The notes under the pieces were generated by a model. That model was not told the DNA's origin. It saw only the letters and a list, made by a program, of their open reading frames with translations, and made no database searches. Both the position numbers and the translations under genes were made by a program. This document shows positions 18,610 through 29,829 of a stretch of DNA of 64,000 nucleotides, piece by piece; the stretch's first letter is position 1; every line of letters starts with the position of its first letter. The stretch spans positions 252,177-316,176 of IMG/VR virus record IMGVR_UViG_3300037067_008064; one strand, 5' to 3'. Origin of the DNA: a virus. Its lineage: Duplodnaviria; Heunggongvirae; Uroviricota; Caudoviricetes.

Positions 18610-19215
18610 ATGTTTGATAAAACATTAGACTTAAAACCTGAAATAACAGATAATAATGGAATTCAAATTAAAGATTTAACTGAATCTATATTTAATGATC
18701 AAATTAAATTTGGTGCAAGTTATTCTTTATTTAAAGTACCAAAGCCATATATTATGAGACCTGATTTAATTTCGAATGCAGTCTATAATACAACTGACAA
18801 TACAGAAATTATATTGAAGTATAATGGTATATCAAATCCATTTACAATAGATGAGAATGATATTATATTGGCTCCTAATATTGATGATGTAAGATTGCAT
18901 ACACAAAAAAATAATGCATCTAGTGTTGTTGCTAATATAATTCGTAATACATATAAATATATAGACCCTAATAAAATACCTAAAAGAAATTTGGCCGCTA
19001 TTAATTTTGAGAAACAACAGAAAGTTATGGGTGCAACTGAACAATCATTACCACCTAATATTGCTGGGCCTGATGAAAGCCAAATAACTATTGCAAATGG
19101 CAGAGTTTATTTTGGTAGGAACATAGCTCCAACTGCTGAATGTCTACAAAATGGTATGACAACAGGAGAATATTTAGCTGCAATAACTAATAAAAAGACT
19201 TTACAAAATGCCTAA
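18610..19215 (+). CDS. Baseplate wedge protein, gp53/LysM-like
   Basis: RPDLISNAVY ... IILKYNGISNPF ... DIILAP. Confidence 0.75.
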   Translation: MFDKTLDLKPEITDNNGIQIKDLTESIFNDQIKFGASYSLFKVPKPYIMRPDLISNAVYNTTDNTEIILKYNGISNPFTIDENDIILAPNIDDVRLHTQKNNASSVVANIIRNTYKYIDPNKIPKRNLAAINFEKQQKVMGATEQSLPPNIAGPDESQITIANGRVYFGRNIAPTAECLQNGMTTGEYLAAITNKKTLQNA

Positions 19216-20839
19216 TGGTGATTATAAATTTTATCCACCCCAGTATTCTTCTTTAGTTAAAGAAGATGTAAACTTAGATGCGAATGTAAAGTATAGAATA
19301 TTAAAAACATTAGAACCACATATTGTATTAGATGAATTGTCTATGCCGGTATCTAAGACAGGTGATCAAGACCAACAGAAGATTCAATCACGTTCTGGTT
19401 TAGAATACCCATTGGTTAGAATAAATGATTATGTATTAAATGAAAATGAAATAGAGTATTTGAATATAGATTGTGGCGGATTTTTACCGAAGTTAAATTT
19501 AGTATGTACGTTCTCTAATCAAGAATTCATTGCAACTAATATGCCAAAGGATGGAGATATTATATCAGTATCGATTAGAAATAAATCAGACTTACTTAAA
19601 GAAATTAGAAATGATTATGTAATTACATCAGCAAGTTCACGTGATAATATAGATACTAAAGGACCAAATAGAATTACATTTAATGGAGAATTATTTGTGC
19701 CTGGATTAAAATCAAAGAAATATAATTATTCATTTGTAGGTACTACAATGGAAGTAATTCAAGAAACTGCTAATATATTAGGGTTAGGATTCTGTACCAA
19801 TGAAGATAATACAATTGACAAACAAATATGGATGTGTGCAAATGATATGCTATATAATTTTATACAGGATATTACTGATAGGTCTTGGAGTAATGAAGAA
19901 TCTTTTTATGAATCATGGATAGATATTTATTATTGTTTAAACTTTATTAATCTAAATAAACAATTAATATCGGCTGAAGATTCTATAGATATGGGGGTTG
20001 TATTAAATAATTTAAATATGGAACAAACGTGGGGTGATGAAGCAGTTAAACAAAGCAATGTAAATCCATTACCTAAGATGTTGAGTAATATAGAAAACAT
20101 TAAAACTTCTAGTGCTTATATCAGTAAATGGGCTCCTATTAATAAGTCAACTGCTATCACGTTTGAGTATGGTACTAAATTTGTATGCCAATTTTTTGAA
20201 CACAATCAAAAGATATACAACAATCCTGATTTACAGAATTACTGGGAAATAGATATTGATCCTATTTATGATAAAGAAAAAGTTAATTCACATATATTAT
20301 TAAGAGGAAGACCTGTACAGGATGTAAGTACAAGTGGGGATGACCCTAAAAGAGCTCATTATGATTTTACAGATATATATCAATCCAGTAGTTGGTTGGG
20401 AGTACAATATACATTAAGTAATCCAGATGATGATTTGCATAATTGGGATGGCAATCAACATCCTAATTTTATTAGAGCAAAGGTACATAATTTGATGAAC
20501 CTTAAAGAACTTGATAAACTTAATTTAGAAGTAACAGTAATTGGAACCAATACAAATTTTATTCGCGGTGATAAAGTTCCAGTAGGATTAATAAGAAAAG
20601 ATATTGCAGAAAATAAAAGAATATGGAGAGATCAAAACGAGAATTTAGAAATCATGTATGATTTGTTTTATAGTGGTTGGTATATAGTAAAAGATTTTTC
20701 TATCATGTGGAGTAATCCTGTTAATAAAACTCCGTTATCTGGGTTTAGACATAAATTTACTTTAACGAGAAGAGAATGGCCACCACCATTTCCTGTATCA
20801 CAAAATAAAAATAACCCAAATATAGATGGCCATATATAA
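19208..20839 (+). CDS. Putative baseplate hub (gp27-like) protein
   Basis: Context; C-terminal N.IRGDKV ... YSGWYIV ... LTRREW. Confidence 0.6.
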   Translation: MPNGDYKFYPPQYSSLVKEDVNLDANVKYRILKTLEPHIVLDELSMPVSKTGDQDQQKIQSRSGLEYPLVRINDYVLNENEIEYLNIDCGGFLPKLNLVCTFSNQEFIATNMPKDGDIISVSIRNKSDLLKEIRNDYVITSASSRDNIDTKGPNRITFNGELFVPGLKSKKYNYSFVGTTMEVIQETANILGLGFCTNEDNTIDKQIWMCANDMLYNFIQDITDRSWSNEESFYESWIDIYYCLNFINLNKQLISAEDSIDMGVVLNNLNMEQTWGDEAVKQSNVNPLPKMLSNIENIKTSSAYISKWAPINKSTAITFEYGTKFVCQFFEHNQKIYNNPDLQNYWEIDIDPIYDKEKVNSHILLRGRPVQDVSTSGDDPKRAHYDFTDIYQSSSWLGVQYTLSNPDDDLHNWDGNQHPNFIRAKVHNLMNLKELDKLNLEVTVIGTNTNFIRGDKVPVGLIRKDIAENKRIWRDQNENLEIMYDLFYSGWYIVKDFSIMWSNPVNKTPLSGFRHKFTLTRREWPPPFPVSQNKNNPNIDGHI

Positions 20840-22598
20840 AGACTTTAGAAATGTAAACAGAACAGAAAATCTACAGGATATAAATTTATCTCGTGGTACA
20901 TTTTCTAATTACTATGATATGCCTACGTATTTGTCTTTTAAATTACAATTTAGTAGTCCTGAACATAGTAATACTGCCCAAGCACATATCAATTATGATA
21001 TGATACCACAACCTTTATTTAGTAAATACAGACCAACTGATACTAGAAATCAAGATAGTTATTCTACTCTTGCATATTTAGAATCTATTAATGAATTTGG
21101 AAGAGCAAAAATGCTTGAACAATTTATAGACCAATTTAATAGTTTACAAAATGATTTTAGTTGGTACTTTCAAAAAGTAGAAGGTGTTGCAGATTTATTG
21201 AAAATAGATCCTACTAAAGGTGTAAGAGTGCCCGATGATAGAAGATTAACTATTACTTGTTTGGAAGGATTGGATTTAAGAATGAGTTTATTATTATCTT
21301 TATATAGAAAGATTGCATGGGATGATAAGTATCAAAGATGGATATTACCAGATATTATGCGTATGTTCCAATTAAAAATATACATTGCAGAATTTAGAAC
21401 CTTTCATCATGCAATTAAAAAAATAGATGACCCTTTAGCGGCCGCTCTTACTTCTGGAAAGATAGGTGAATCAGATTATGTCATGACTATATTAGATAGT
21501 ATTATTCCTGTGTGGGTAATAACTTGTTATGGATGTCAATTTGATTTAGGAGAAATAGAATATGACCATATATCCGGTCTTACTGTTGCTGATGTACCAC
21601 CAATGGGTGCAGTTAAATTTAAGATTAAAATTAAGAGCATGAATGAAGCTCAGATATATCCTATGTTTAACCATTTAGTTATTAATGATACGGCAATTAA
21701 TGGTGTAGATCGCGGTGATGAAACTGTAGATGTATTAGCTGAAAGTTATAATCAAATGTATTCACATGATGGTACAGTAAAAATAGCTCAAAACTATCCT
21801 AAAGCAAGTAGTGATAGGCTTCATGAATCAGGTAGAAGTTTTAATCAATCTGTAGATATTACTGATATACAAGGTAATAAATATTTTAAACCATTAGATG
21901 AAAATAATATTCCAACTGCAAAACCAGATACATGGGTTAATAGATTTGCAAACAATACTCTTGATTTTGCTGTATCATCTGCGAAATCATATGTGAAACA
22001 ACAAATTGATAAATTAAGAATGTTTCCTATACCTGAAATAGGTGGATTATCATTTAATGAAGCAGTTGCTGGTGTACAATCTGCAGATATTTTAACTATG
22101 TATTCTTTAATAAAAAGAAGTATGAATGTTGCAGCAAATGAATTTAGTGCACCATCTTCTAGATTAGGTAATGAAATATCAGATCAAACTTTTAATTTAT
22201 ATTTAAAAAGTTTAAGTACATCTGAAGTTACTAATAATGAAAATATTTCAATATTAAAAGCAACTGCGGAAGTATTATTAAATAACCCAGATATTTATAG
22301 TTCCTTTAATCAAATGGTTGAAAATAAATTTTCTGGAATTACTCTTACATCTATTGATGATTTATTTAATGGTACTACAATAACTACAAATTCTTTAAAG
22401 GAGTATGTTGAACAAGTTACTGGAGGAGATTTATCATCGGCAACTATTGATCCAGGTGAAACACCAAAACAATGGGCTGCAAAAACTATAGAATTAGTAA
22501 GTAATATACCAAATAATAATATTATCACAGGCGGTGAAATGATTGCTGAGGGAACGCCAACAAGTGTTGCTACTAATAGTAAAATTATAAAATCATAA
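20826..22598 (+). CDS. Putative tail tube-related/baseplate protein
   Basis: Context; WYFQKVEG ... ITCLEGLDLR segment. Confidence 0.5.
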   Translation: MAIYKDFRNVNRTENLQDINLSRGTFSNYYDMPTYLSFKLQFSSPEHSNTAQAHINYDMIPQPLFSKYRPTDTRNQDSYSTLAYLESINEFGRAKMLEQFIDQFNSLQNDFSWYFQKVEGVADLLKIDPTKGVRVPDDRRLTITCLEGLDLRMSLLLSLYRKIAWDDKYQRWILPDIMRMFQLKIYIAEFRTFHHAIKKIDDPLAAALTSGKIGESDYVMTILDSIIPVWVITCYGCQFDLGEIEYDHISGLTVADVPPMGAVKFKIKIKSMNEAQIYPMFNHLVINDTAINGVDRGDETVDVLAESYNQMYSHDGTVKIAQNYPKASSDRLHESGRSFNQSVDITDIQGNKYFKPLDENNIPTAKPDTWVNRFANNTLDFAVSSAKSYVKQQIDKLRMFPIPEIGGLSFNEAVAGVQSADILTMYSLIKRSMNVAANEFSAPSSRLGNEISDQTFNLYLKSLSTSEVTNNENISILKATAEVLLNNPDIYSSFNQMVENKFSGITLTSIDDLFNGTTITTNSLKEYVEQVTGGDLSSATIDPGETPKQWAAKTIELVSNIPNNNIITGGEMIAEGTPTSVATNSKIIKS

Positions 22599-22602
22599 TA
22601 TT

Positions 22603-23091
22603 ATGAATAGTTTTTATCCAAGATTAAATGAATTTTTAAATGAAGATATAGAACCAAATGATATTTTTGTAAGGTTCGGAGGTTTATCAAAAGTAAAATA
22701 TAAAAAGAAAAAATTTTCAGAAATGAATCAATTTCACATTCCACCTGTTTCACATGGTGTTTTTGCTTTTCCAATAAAAGCAATTGAAACATTTTTATTT
22801 GCTTGGAAGAAAAATTGGCAATTACAAGAAAAGAAATTTAAATATAGAGGAAATATTTGGCATCATTTAGAACATCAATGTAAACAATCTGAAATAATAG
22901 ATAAAAAAGGTACTTGGGTTTTAACATCTTTTAAAACATGGGAAAAAGCATTTTCAAAAGAGAGTTTAAATTTAAGACATGGTAATAAAGAATATGGTGG
23001 AACTAAAAATATAAATGAACCTTATGCTGCTGGAGTAAGTGGTATTTTTTCTAAAGATCATTTAGAAATATTTATTTCAGATAAAATATAA
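22603..23091 (+). CDS. Hypothetical protein with N-terminal LNE motifs (possible head-packaged, ART-like)
   Basis: MNSFYPRLNEFLNE; VRFGG ... GVFAFP. Confidence 0.55.
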   Translation: MNSFYPRLNEFLNEDIEPNDIFVRFGGLSKVKYKKKKFSEMNQFHIPPVSHGVFAFPIKAIETFLFAWKKNWQLQEKKFKYRGNIWHHLEHQCKQSEIIDKKGTWVLTSFKTWEKAFSKESLNLRHGNKEYGGTKNINEPYAAGVSGIFSKDHLEIFISDKI

Positions 23092-23112
23092 TAAAAATTA
23101 AACTTAAACTAT

Positions 23113-23877
23113 ATGTCAACAAATGTACATCATGATTTAAAAGATAATTATTTTATTGGAGTTGTTAAAGACAATAATGATCCTTTATTTGCAGGACGTT
23201 GTCGTATTCATGTGTTTGGCATTACAGATAATATTCCTGTAGAACATTTATATTGGGCATCGCCTTTAAACTCAACAATATTTGCTGGTGATGGTGGTGG
23301 ATCTATGTCTGTTCCAAAAATGGGACAGGTAGTTCGTGTTCAATTTAACAATGGTGAATTAACCGCTCCAGAATATTTTTCAATTCAAAATATAGATACA
23401 GCATTAATTAAAAAAATACAAGATGATTATCAAGGTACCCATGTTTTATTGTGGGACCCAGATGAAGAGCTTTATGTAATATTTCAAAAGAACAGTGGAT
23501 TCCAAATATACTATAAAGAATCTTTTATGCAAATATCTCCTGATAATATGATTACAATTCAACATAGTAATCTTGATTCAGTTGTAGAACTTAAGGGAGA
23601 TACGATTACTGTGGCCAGTAAAAATAAAATTGTTATATCAGCAGCAAGTCAAGTTAATATTACTGCTGATGAAACAATTGCAAGTGGTAATCAAGTAACT
23701 AAAGTAGGGCCAGGCCCTTACTATCATGCTATGTTGGCTGAAGTAGTATTTCCATTATTAACAACATTGGCAACGGCTATTGATGCGAAGATGCCAATTA
23801 CGCCCGGTGTAAATGTTGGATTAGTTGAATCTGCAAAAGCTGCCGGTACATCAACCAACGTATTAATATCTCAATAA
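23113..23877 (+). CDS. Baseplate central spike, gp5/VgrG OB-fold
   Basis: GVVKDNNDPLFAGRCRIHVFG ... LYWA ... VPKMGQVVRVQF. Confidence 0.85.
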   Translation: MSTNVHHDLKDNYFIGVVKDNNDPLFAGRCRIHVFGITDNIPVEHLYWASPLNSTIFAGDGGGSMSVPKMGQVVRVQFNNGELTAPEYFSIQNIDTALIKKIQDDYQGTHVLLWDPDEELYVIFQKNSGFQIYYKESFMQISPDNMITIQHSNLDSVVELKGDTITVASKNKIVISAASQVNITADETIASGNQVTKVGPGPYYHAMLAEVVFPLLTTLATAIDAKMPITPGVNVGLVESAKAAGTSTNVLISQ

Positions 23878-23888
23878 TATAAAATTAT

Positions 23889-26813
23889 ATGCCAAGAGAT
23901 TTACTTAAAATAAAGGATTTATATTTAGAAAAATATAAGTTACAATTAAAAGCTGAAATAGAAAAGGATAAAGAGTTTTTAAAGATACCTAAATCTTTAG
24001 GATTAAGTAAAGAAGCATTGAATCAAATATTAGATGAAAACATAGATAAAATAACTAATGCTTTTAAAGAAGAATATAAAGATGCAAAAGATATTTATTA
24101 TGAATTTAAAACTTCAAAACCATTAAGAACATTATATAAAAATTCTACAAATAATATAAAGCAGCAAGTACAATTGACAGCTAAAGATACTAAAGTATTA
24201 ACCTTATATTTATTAAATGAAGCTAAAACTATTATTAATGATGTAACACACCCATCGCAATTTAGAGTAAAACATTTACAAAATTTAATTGATAATGCAA
24301 AATTAAGTATAGATAATCAAACATTAATTAACTTATTAGAAGGAATTGTAATTGGATTATTGACTTACTATTCTGCAAATTTATTGTATCAAAAAAATAA
24401 AAAGAAATATCAAAAGGCTTCTGAAGATACATTAAAGAAAAATACTGGTGATTTAAAATGTGTAAATATAGTTGGACCAACTAATGGTGATGTAAGTACT
24501 TTTGGTATTGATAGTAGTTTTCCACCTGATAATTACAGTTGTCCAATAAATATTGATAATATTAATGTACCGCACGAACCTTTTGATAGTAAACAAAATA
24601 ATTTTACATGTGAAGTACCTGTTGATGGTATTATAGAATTAGATGATAAACCAGTTCAAGATGATATTTCTGTTAAAGCAATTATTGAGAGTGATTTTAA
24701 AAACATTAATGTTTCTGTAGGTGATAATATAAATGAAAATACGGTTATCGGAAACACTGCGGTGAGTTCAGTTATATCTCCAATCATAGGTAATATAATT
24801 TCAATAGCTAATAATTCCATTGTAATAGATAATATCTCTGACCCTTTAATATTTCCTGAAGTTTTAAAAGCACAAGAATTAATAGATTTATATAAAGAAT
24901 CTGTGGCAATTAAAGATATGATTAATAAGTTTTTTATTAAATCAATTTTACCTGTTATGTTATCTAATGCAGTTGATATAGATAATTTAGTTACGCCTAT
25001 TGAATTCTTTACTGTACAATATAATGGTGTAAAGCTTTTATATAATAGTGTAATGGATGAATATCAAAATATAATTAATTTTTATGAAGATAATGTGAAG
25101 TCTATTACAGGACAAGATAACGTGAAACTTAAAACTGAGAATGATGGTTTATTAGATATTAAAACAGATATTGATGAACAAGAAAGAATTTTATATATCA
25201 ATATTAATTTATTACATGATACTGCAATTGATAAAGCAAAAGTATCAATGGGTATAATTGGGGATTTTATGTTGAAAGATTACTATCATGACTTATATCT
25301 GTCATTACAAAGTATCGAATCACCTGTGTCCTTACAAACAGAATACATAAACAAGATTAATGATTTTGCACACGACCGCGATAACTTTCAGTTCAATGAA
25401 AAACCAATGATTATTAATGAAGCGGTTTATATAGAAGATTATTTTAAAAGATTATTTCTTAAACTGGATGAAATTAATAAACAAATTGCTGAAATAACTA
25501 TTGATTTACAAAGTTATAATAGTCTTGCTCCTTATATTATAAAGACAATTGACAATGAACCATATAGATATTATAAGACAATTGATAATCCGGAAAATAC
25601 TTGTGTATCAAATGACGATTCCGATAATCCATATATGTCTCCTAAATCTAAAATTCAAATGGACAATATACAATATTGGTTAAAATATTGTGGATATGCA
25701 ACTTTAGGAAGTGTTATTAATTATCCTACAGGATGGTCAACAGGGTTTGTTGGACCTAGTGGCCCTATATTATTTCCAGTAGTTTATATTCCAATTAAAT
25801 CAATTGTAACTAAATATGGGTTTATAGTATTAGGTTTAACTATATGTGGTGTATATCCATTTCCTTGGATATTAATATCTAATTTTTCATCTAATTATAT
25901 TATACCTATTGGCGACCCAACTATAGCTATTAAAACACAAATTAAATCTTTTAAAAAAGAATTAACAGATAAAATAAAGAATTTTAAAAATACTTATATT
26001 AAAAATTTATTAAAAGAAAAACAAGATCAAATTAATTATAAGAATAGTGAAATCACAACATCACAAATTTTATTAAGACAATTAAAGACAAATAAACCAG
26101 ATAAAAGTAAATTTAGAAAATTAGATATGACTCAAAGCTATAGTACTGTAATTAAAAAAATAGATTACATGAAACAATATACAGAAGAATTAGCTAAATG
26201 GGAAGAATCTAAATTACAATTAGAACTAGGAATTGAAACTTTAAAAATAGAGAGATTTGTATTAGAAGAAGAATATAAAATTATTTATGATATATCTACA
26301 ATAGGTAAATCAAAAAATACTACTATTACAAATCCAAAAATAGAAACAGTGAAACAAACACAAAAAACATTAGATCAAATAGAAGGAAAGATAAGTAATT
26401 TACTAAATAAAATTAATATGATATTTGCTGCATTGCCTATATCTTTAAAGCCAATGAGTACTAATTTTGGACCGACAATTAAAAAACCAGTTCCAAAGAC
26501 AGAAATAGAAACAGATTTAGATGATAACACAAATGAAGAAGCATTAAAAGATGTCACGAAACAATTTAATATATCTAATGAAATACTAACTTCTGAAAAT
26601 TTTAATGAAGATATAACAAAAACACCTATTGGTAATTATGAAAGATACACAAATGAATTAAAATCAAAAATGAATCTTATTGTTAAAAAAGATTCATTTC
26701 CGAAATATGAAAATTTAAAAGTAATCAACTTAGGATGGGTTAAATTTATTTATACAAGTTGGACTCCAACTGGTGCAAAAGTTTTTGGCATCCCTGGAAA
26801 TAACCCGCTATAG
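23889..26813 (+). CDS. Large putative structural protein (coiled coils, lipoyl-like barrel-sandwich motif)
   Basis: End of the baseplate operon; VSVGDNINENTVIG ... VISPIIGNI. Confidence 0.55.
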   Translation: MPRDLLKIKDLYLEKYKLQLKAEIEKDKEFLKIPKSLGLSKEALNQILDENIDKITNAFKEEYKDAKDIYYEFKTSKPLRTLYKNSTNNIKQQVQLTAKDTKVLTLYLLNEAKTIINDVTHPSQFRVKHLQNLIDNAKLSIDNQTLINLLEGIVIGLLTYYSANLLYQKNKKKYQKASEDTLKKNTGDLKCVNIVGPTNGDVSTFGIDSSFPPDNYSCPINIDNINVPHEPFDSKQNNFTCEVPVDGIIELDDKPVQDDISVKAIIESDFKNINVSVGDNINENTVIGNTAVSSVISPIIGNIISIANNSIVIDNISDPLIFPEVLKAQELIDLYKESVAIKDMINKFFIKSILPVMLSNAVDIDNLVTPIEFFTVQYNGVKLLYNSVMDEYQNIINFYEDNVKSITGQDNVKLKTENDGLLDIKTDIDEQERILYININLLHDTAIDKAKVSMGIIGDFMLKDYYHDLYLSLQSIESPVSLQTEYINKINDFAHDRDNFQFNEKPMIINEAVYIEDYFKRLFLKLDEINKQIAEITIDLQSYNSLAPYIIKTIDNEPYRYYKTIDNPENTCVSNDDSDNPYMSPKSKIQMDNIQYWLKYCGYATLGSVINYPTGWSTGFVGPSGPILFPVVYIPIKSIVTKYGFIVLGLTICGVYPFPWILISNFSSNYIIPIGDPTIAIKTQIKSFKKELTDKIKNFKNTYIKNLLKEKQDQINYKNSEITTSQILLRQLKTNKPDKSKFRKLDMTQSYSTVIKKIDYMKQYTEELAKWEESKLQLELGIETLKIERFVLEEEYKIIYDISTIGKSKNTTITNPKIETVKQTQKTLDQIEGKISNLLNKINMIFAALPISLKPMSTNFGPTIKKPVPKTEIETDLDDNTNEEALKDVTKQFNISNEILTSENFNEDITKTPIGNYERYTNELKSKMNLIVKKDSFPKYENLKVINLGWVKFIYTSWTPTGAKVFGIPGNNPL

Positions 26814-27650
26814 TTTTTTATTTTTAAGAGTTTCAGAAATTTTTCTTTTATGTTCTTCAGAAATTTTTTTTCCTTTTAAAGCAATACTATGTTTTTGTTT
26901 AATTTCTAAAGCTTTTTCTTCACCGTATAATTCTATATAACTTTTTCCTTTAAATTTTTTACTTATTTTATTTTTAATTTCTAAAGCTTTTTCTTCACCG
27001 TATAATTCTATAATAGTTTTTCCTTTATATAAATTTCTTAAAAAATCTTTTTGTTTATTATTTAATTTTACACCTTTTCTTGCTCCAGTTTTTCCAAACA
27101 TTGGATTATTTTTACCCAAATTAATAATTCTTAATTTATTTTTATGTTCTTCTGAAAACTTTCTTCCTTTTGCTTTTTCACTCATTTTCCTTTTGGATTC
27201 TTCGGTATGTTTATATCCTTTTGCAAATTGTTTTCCTTTACTAGCGTTTCCAATTTTTTCTTTCCAATTTTTTATTTTTTTATTATATGTTTCTTCATCA
27301 CATTTTAATTTCCATATTTCTGGTATTCCAATTCCACATGTATTCCAACTATTTGGTTTATTTGGTAAATGTCTATTATATCCATTGGGTTCTAGTGTAT
27401 TACATTCTATAATATATTCACACTCATTATTTAGCATTTCATCTTTATTGATACAAATTTTTAAAATTTCTTTTTTAAAATTATTTATACCAAATAACTT
27501 AATATCATTTTTAAGATATATGCTTGAACCCCAATAATTATCATCATGTATATTTTCTTTATAACAAAGTCTACTACCTACATAAGATTTATTATTGATT
27601 AAATTTACTATTTTATAAACATAATAAAATTTTGGAATTCTTTTTAACAT
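26808..27650 (-). mobile_element. GIY-YIG homing endonuclease with NUMOD3 repeats
   Basis: YVYKIVNLINNKSYVGS ... YWGS ... FKKEIL ... PNGYN; internal 75-bp-period duplication (ELYGEEKALEIK x2). Confidence 0.9.
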
Positions 27651-27661
27651 AAATTAAATTT

Positions 27662-27673
27662 TATTTATATATT
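27662..27673 (-). promoter_or_regulatory. Putative late promoter motif (AATATATAAATA)
   Basis: Immediately upstream of the GIY-YIG gene. Confidence 0.55.
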
Positions 27674-27733
27674 TATATTAAAAAGAAATTTACGGTATGC
27701 TAATGTAAATACTAATAAAAGTTAATTACCTTC

Positions 27734-29812
27734 TTAATAATCAGTTCTCATAAATTCATCTAAGAAATATAAAGTATCGTTTATTCTAAAACACGCATTA
27801 CTTTCTTCTTCACCTTCATTTTCTGGATTAACTTCATATTCTATTTCAGCTTCAACTGGTTCTGATAATTCACCATCATAATTAAATCTCCAACGAAGGC
27901 CATCACCACTATCATTTATTTCAATTTCCATTCCCCCAAAATTACTAAGTGTTAAATAAGCATCTGCATGAAAAGGTTCTTCAACATTATGATAAGATTC
28001 ATTTAATAATTTATTAATTTCTTTTTGATCTTTATCTCTTTTAGTTGGTAAACCATAAGTTCTTATATATTTAGATTTTTTTTCATCCCAACGAAAACTT
28101 AACTTCTTTTTTTCAAGAGATGATTTTATTTTATTATATTGTGTTTTTGAAAGTTTAATTTGAATTGGGTCATCTTTAGAATCATCTTTAGATTCATTTA
28201 AATCTCCATATTTATCAAAGTTATCATAATTATCACTAATATAAACCACTTCATCGCTTGTGAGTTTTATATTTTTATTATAAGCAAAATCAGCAACATA
28301 ATTAGGTGAAACAATATCTGGGTCAACATCAGATGATTTAAGTAATCTTGCTACTTTTTTAACTTTATAAAAATCTATATTTTCATTTAAAGATTCATTT
28401 ACTTTACTTATGTTTCCTAAACTAACTTCATATGTTTTCTTTTCAGAATTTTTTACTACATATGCTTTATCTCCAATTATTTTTTTTACTTTGCCATACC
28501 AACCGCTATTAGCATATTCTACAAAAACATCATCTCCTTCTTCTACGTTTTCATTTAAAGATTCTGTTAATTTTTCATACCTTTGCCAACGTTCATATTC
28601 TTCTTTACTTATTTCATTATTATCTAAAAGATATTTCATGTAATTTTCTAAAGTCCAATCTTCATCTCCAACTTCATCATTCATAAATCTAGATTGCCAA
28701 TATTTATGTAAATTTTCTCTATCAAATGGTTTGCGCGATTCATTTGTTTCTTCAACTACACTATATGAATATCCACCATAACCATTTGATGCAGCATTAT
28801 TTTTTGCTTTTTCTAAATTATCACATAAGCTTTGTATATTTTTTGGATTCATGTTTATTTTTTTGTTTCCTTTTTCATTTTCCCAGGATTGTCCAACTTC
28901 TAATGTATACCTAAAATAATTAATAAGTTCAGGCAAAGTTCCTTCTTCAAATCTATCTGGATAAGAGTTGCCAAAGGTACCAGACCTTCTTATTTTTATT
29001 TTATATTTTTTATCTTGTGATAAGGATTCGTCCATATCATAATCAGGTTCTGATTCTTCACTATAATCTCTATATTGATTGTATGTCATTCTTGGTTCTC
29101 CTGCATCATTAAATGGTCCATCACCAGTAATAACATCTGTTGCTTCATTATCTAACCATTTATTAAATTCTTTATAATCTTCTGGGTATTCTTCTTTTAT
29201 TTTAGCATGAGCATTATTTAAAGCTTGTTCTCTTGTATAACCATCTTCTAAAAACGATTGCCCCCAATCAGATAATTCATCTAACATTTTAGTATATAAA
29301 TCTATTTTATCATTTGGAGCATAAGATTCACGTATAACACCAGTCATTGCAACTTTATCAAGTTTTCCATTTGAACGTTTTATTGTATAATATTCTTCAC
29401 GTCTATTTATTCCTTGAACAATTCCAAAAGCTTTAACCATAAATCCATGATCATTTATATCATCATATCTTACTTTTTCTCCAATTTCAATATTATATTG
29501 TTCATCAACATTATCATTAGAATCATCACCAATATTATGCCACTTCCAATCTTCAGGATTTCCTATTGCCCATTTATCATATAAATCTTCTAACTCTGGA
29601 ATTGATAAAGATTCTAAATATTCTCGTGTATTTTCATCGTCCCCAGGAGAGTCTAAGGCATAAATAGTAACTAATATTTTATTGATTAAAGAATCTTTTT
29701 TAGATTGATATCTAAAATCTTCTTCTGCAATAGGATTTTCAATATCTCTTGGTTCAAAATCTTCATATAAAGATTCTTTAACTAATTTTTGTGTATCAAC
29801 TTTTTTATTCAT
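27734..29812 (-). CDS. Putative head-packaged polyprotein with repeated (L/V/I)xE-S sites
   Basis: LVKES, VIRES, MDES, TNES, LTESLNE, VNESLNE, LNES and LLNES separate unrelated modules. Confidence 0.7.
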   Translation of the reverse strand: MNKKVDTQKLVKESLYEDFEPRDIENPIAEEDFRYQSKKDSLINKILVTIYALDSPGDDENTREYLESLSIPELEDLYDKWAIGNPEDWKWHNIGDDSNDNVDEQYNIEIGEKVRYDDINDHGFMVKAFGIVQGINRREEYYTIKRSNGKLDKVAMTGVIRESYAPNDKIDLYTKMLDELSDWGQSFLEDGYTREQALNNAHAKIKEEYPEDYKEFNKWLDNEATDVITGDGPFNDAGEPRMTYNQYRDYSEESEPDYDMDESLSQDKKYKIKIRRSGTFGNSYPDRFEEGTLPELINYFRYTLEVGQSWENEKGNKKINMNPKNIQSLCDNLEKAKNNAASNGYGGYSYSVVEETNESRKPFDRENLHKYWQSRFMNDEVGDEDWTLENYMKYLLDNNEISKEEYERWQRYEKLTESLNENVEEGDDVFVEYANSGWYGKVKKIIGDKAYVVKNSEKKTYEVSLGNISKVNESLNENIDFYKVKKVARLLKSSDVDPDIVSPNYVADFAYNKNIKLTSDEVVYISDNYDNFDKYGDLNESKDDSKDDPIQIKLSKTQYNKIKSSLEKKKLSFRWDEKKSKYIRTYGLPTKRDKDQKEINKLLNESYHNVEEPFHADAYLTLSNFGGMEIEINDSGDGLRWRFNYDGELSEPVEAEIEYEVNPENEGEEESNACFRINDTLYFLDEFMRTDY

Positions 29813-29829
29813 TTTGTTTTTTTTTATTT

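Noticed and set aside
26898-27012. 40-bp direct repeat with 75-bp period
   Set aside because: An ordinary internal duplication of a DNA-binding module in the GIY-YIG endonuclease
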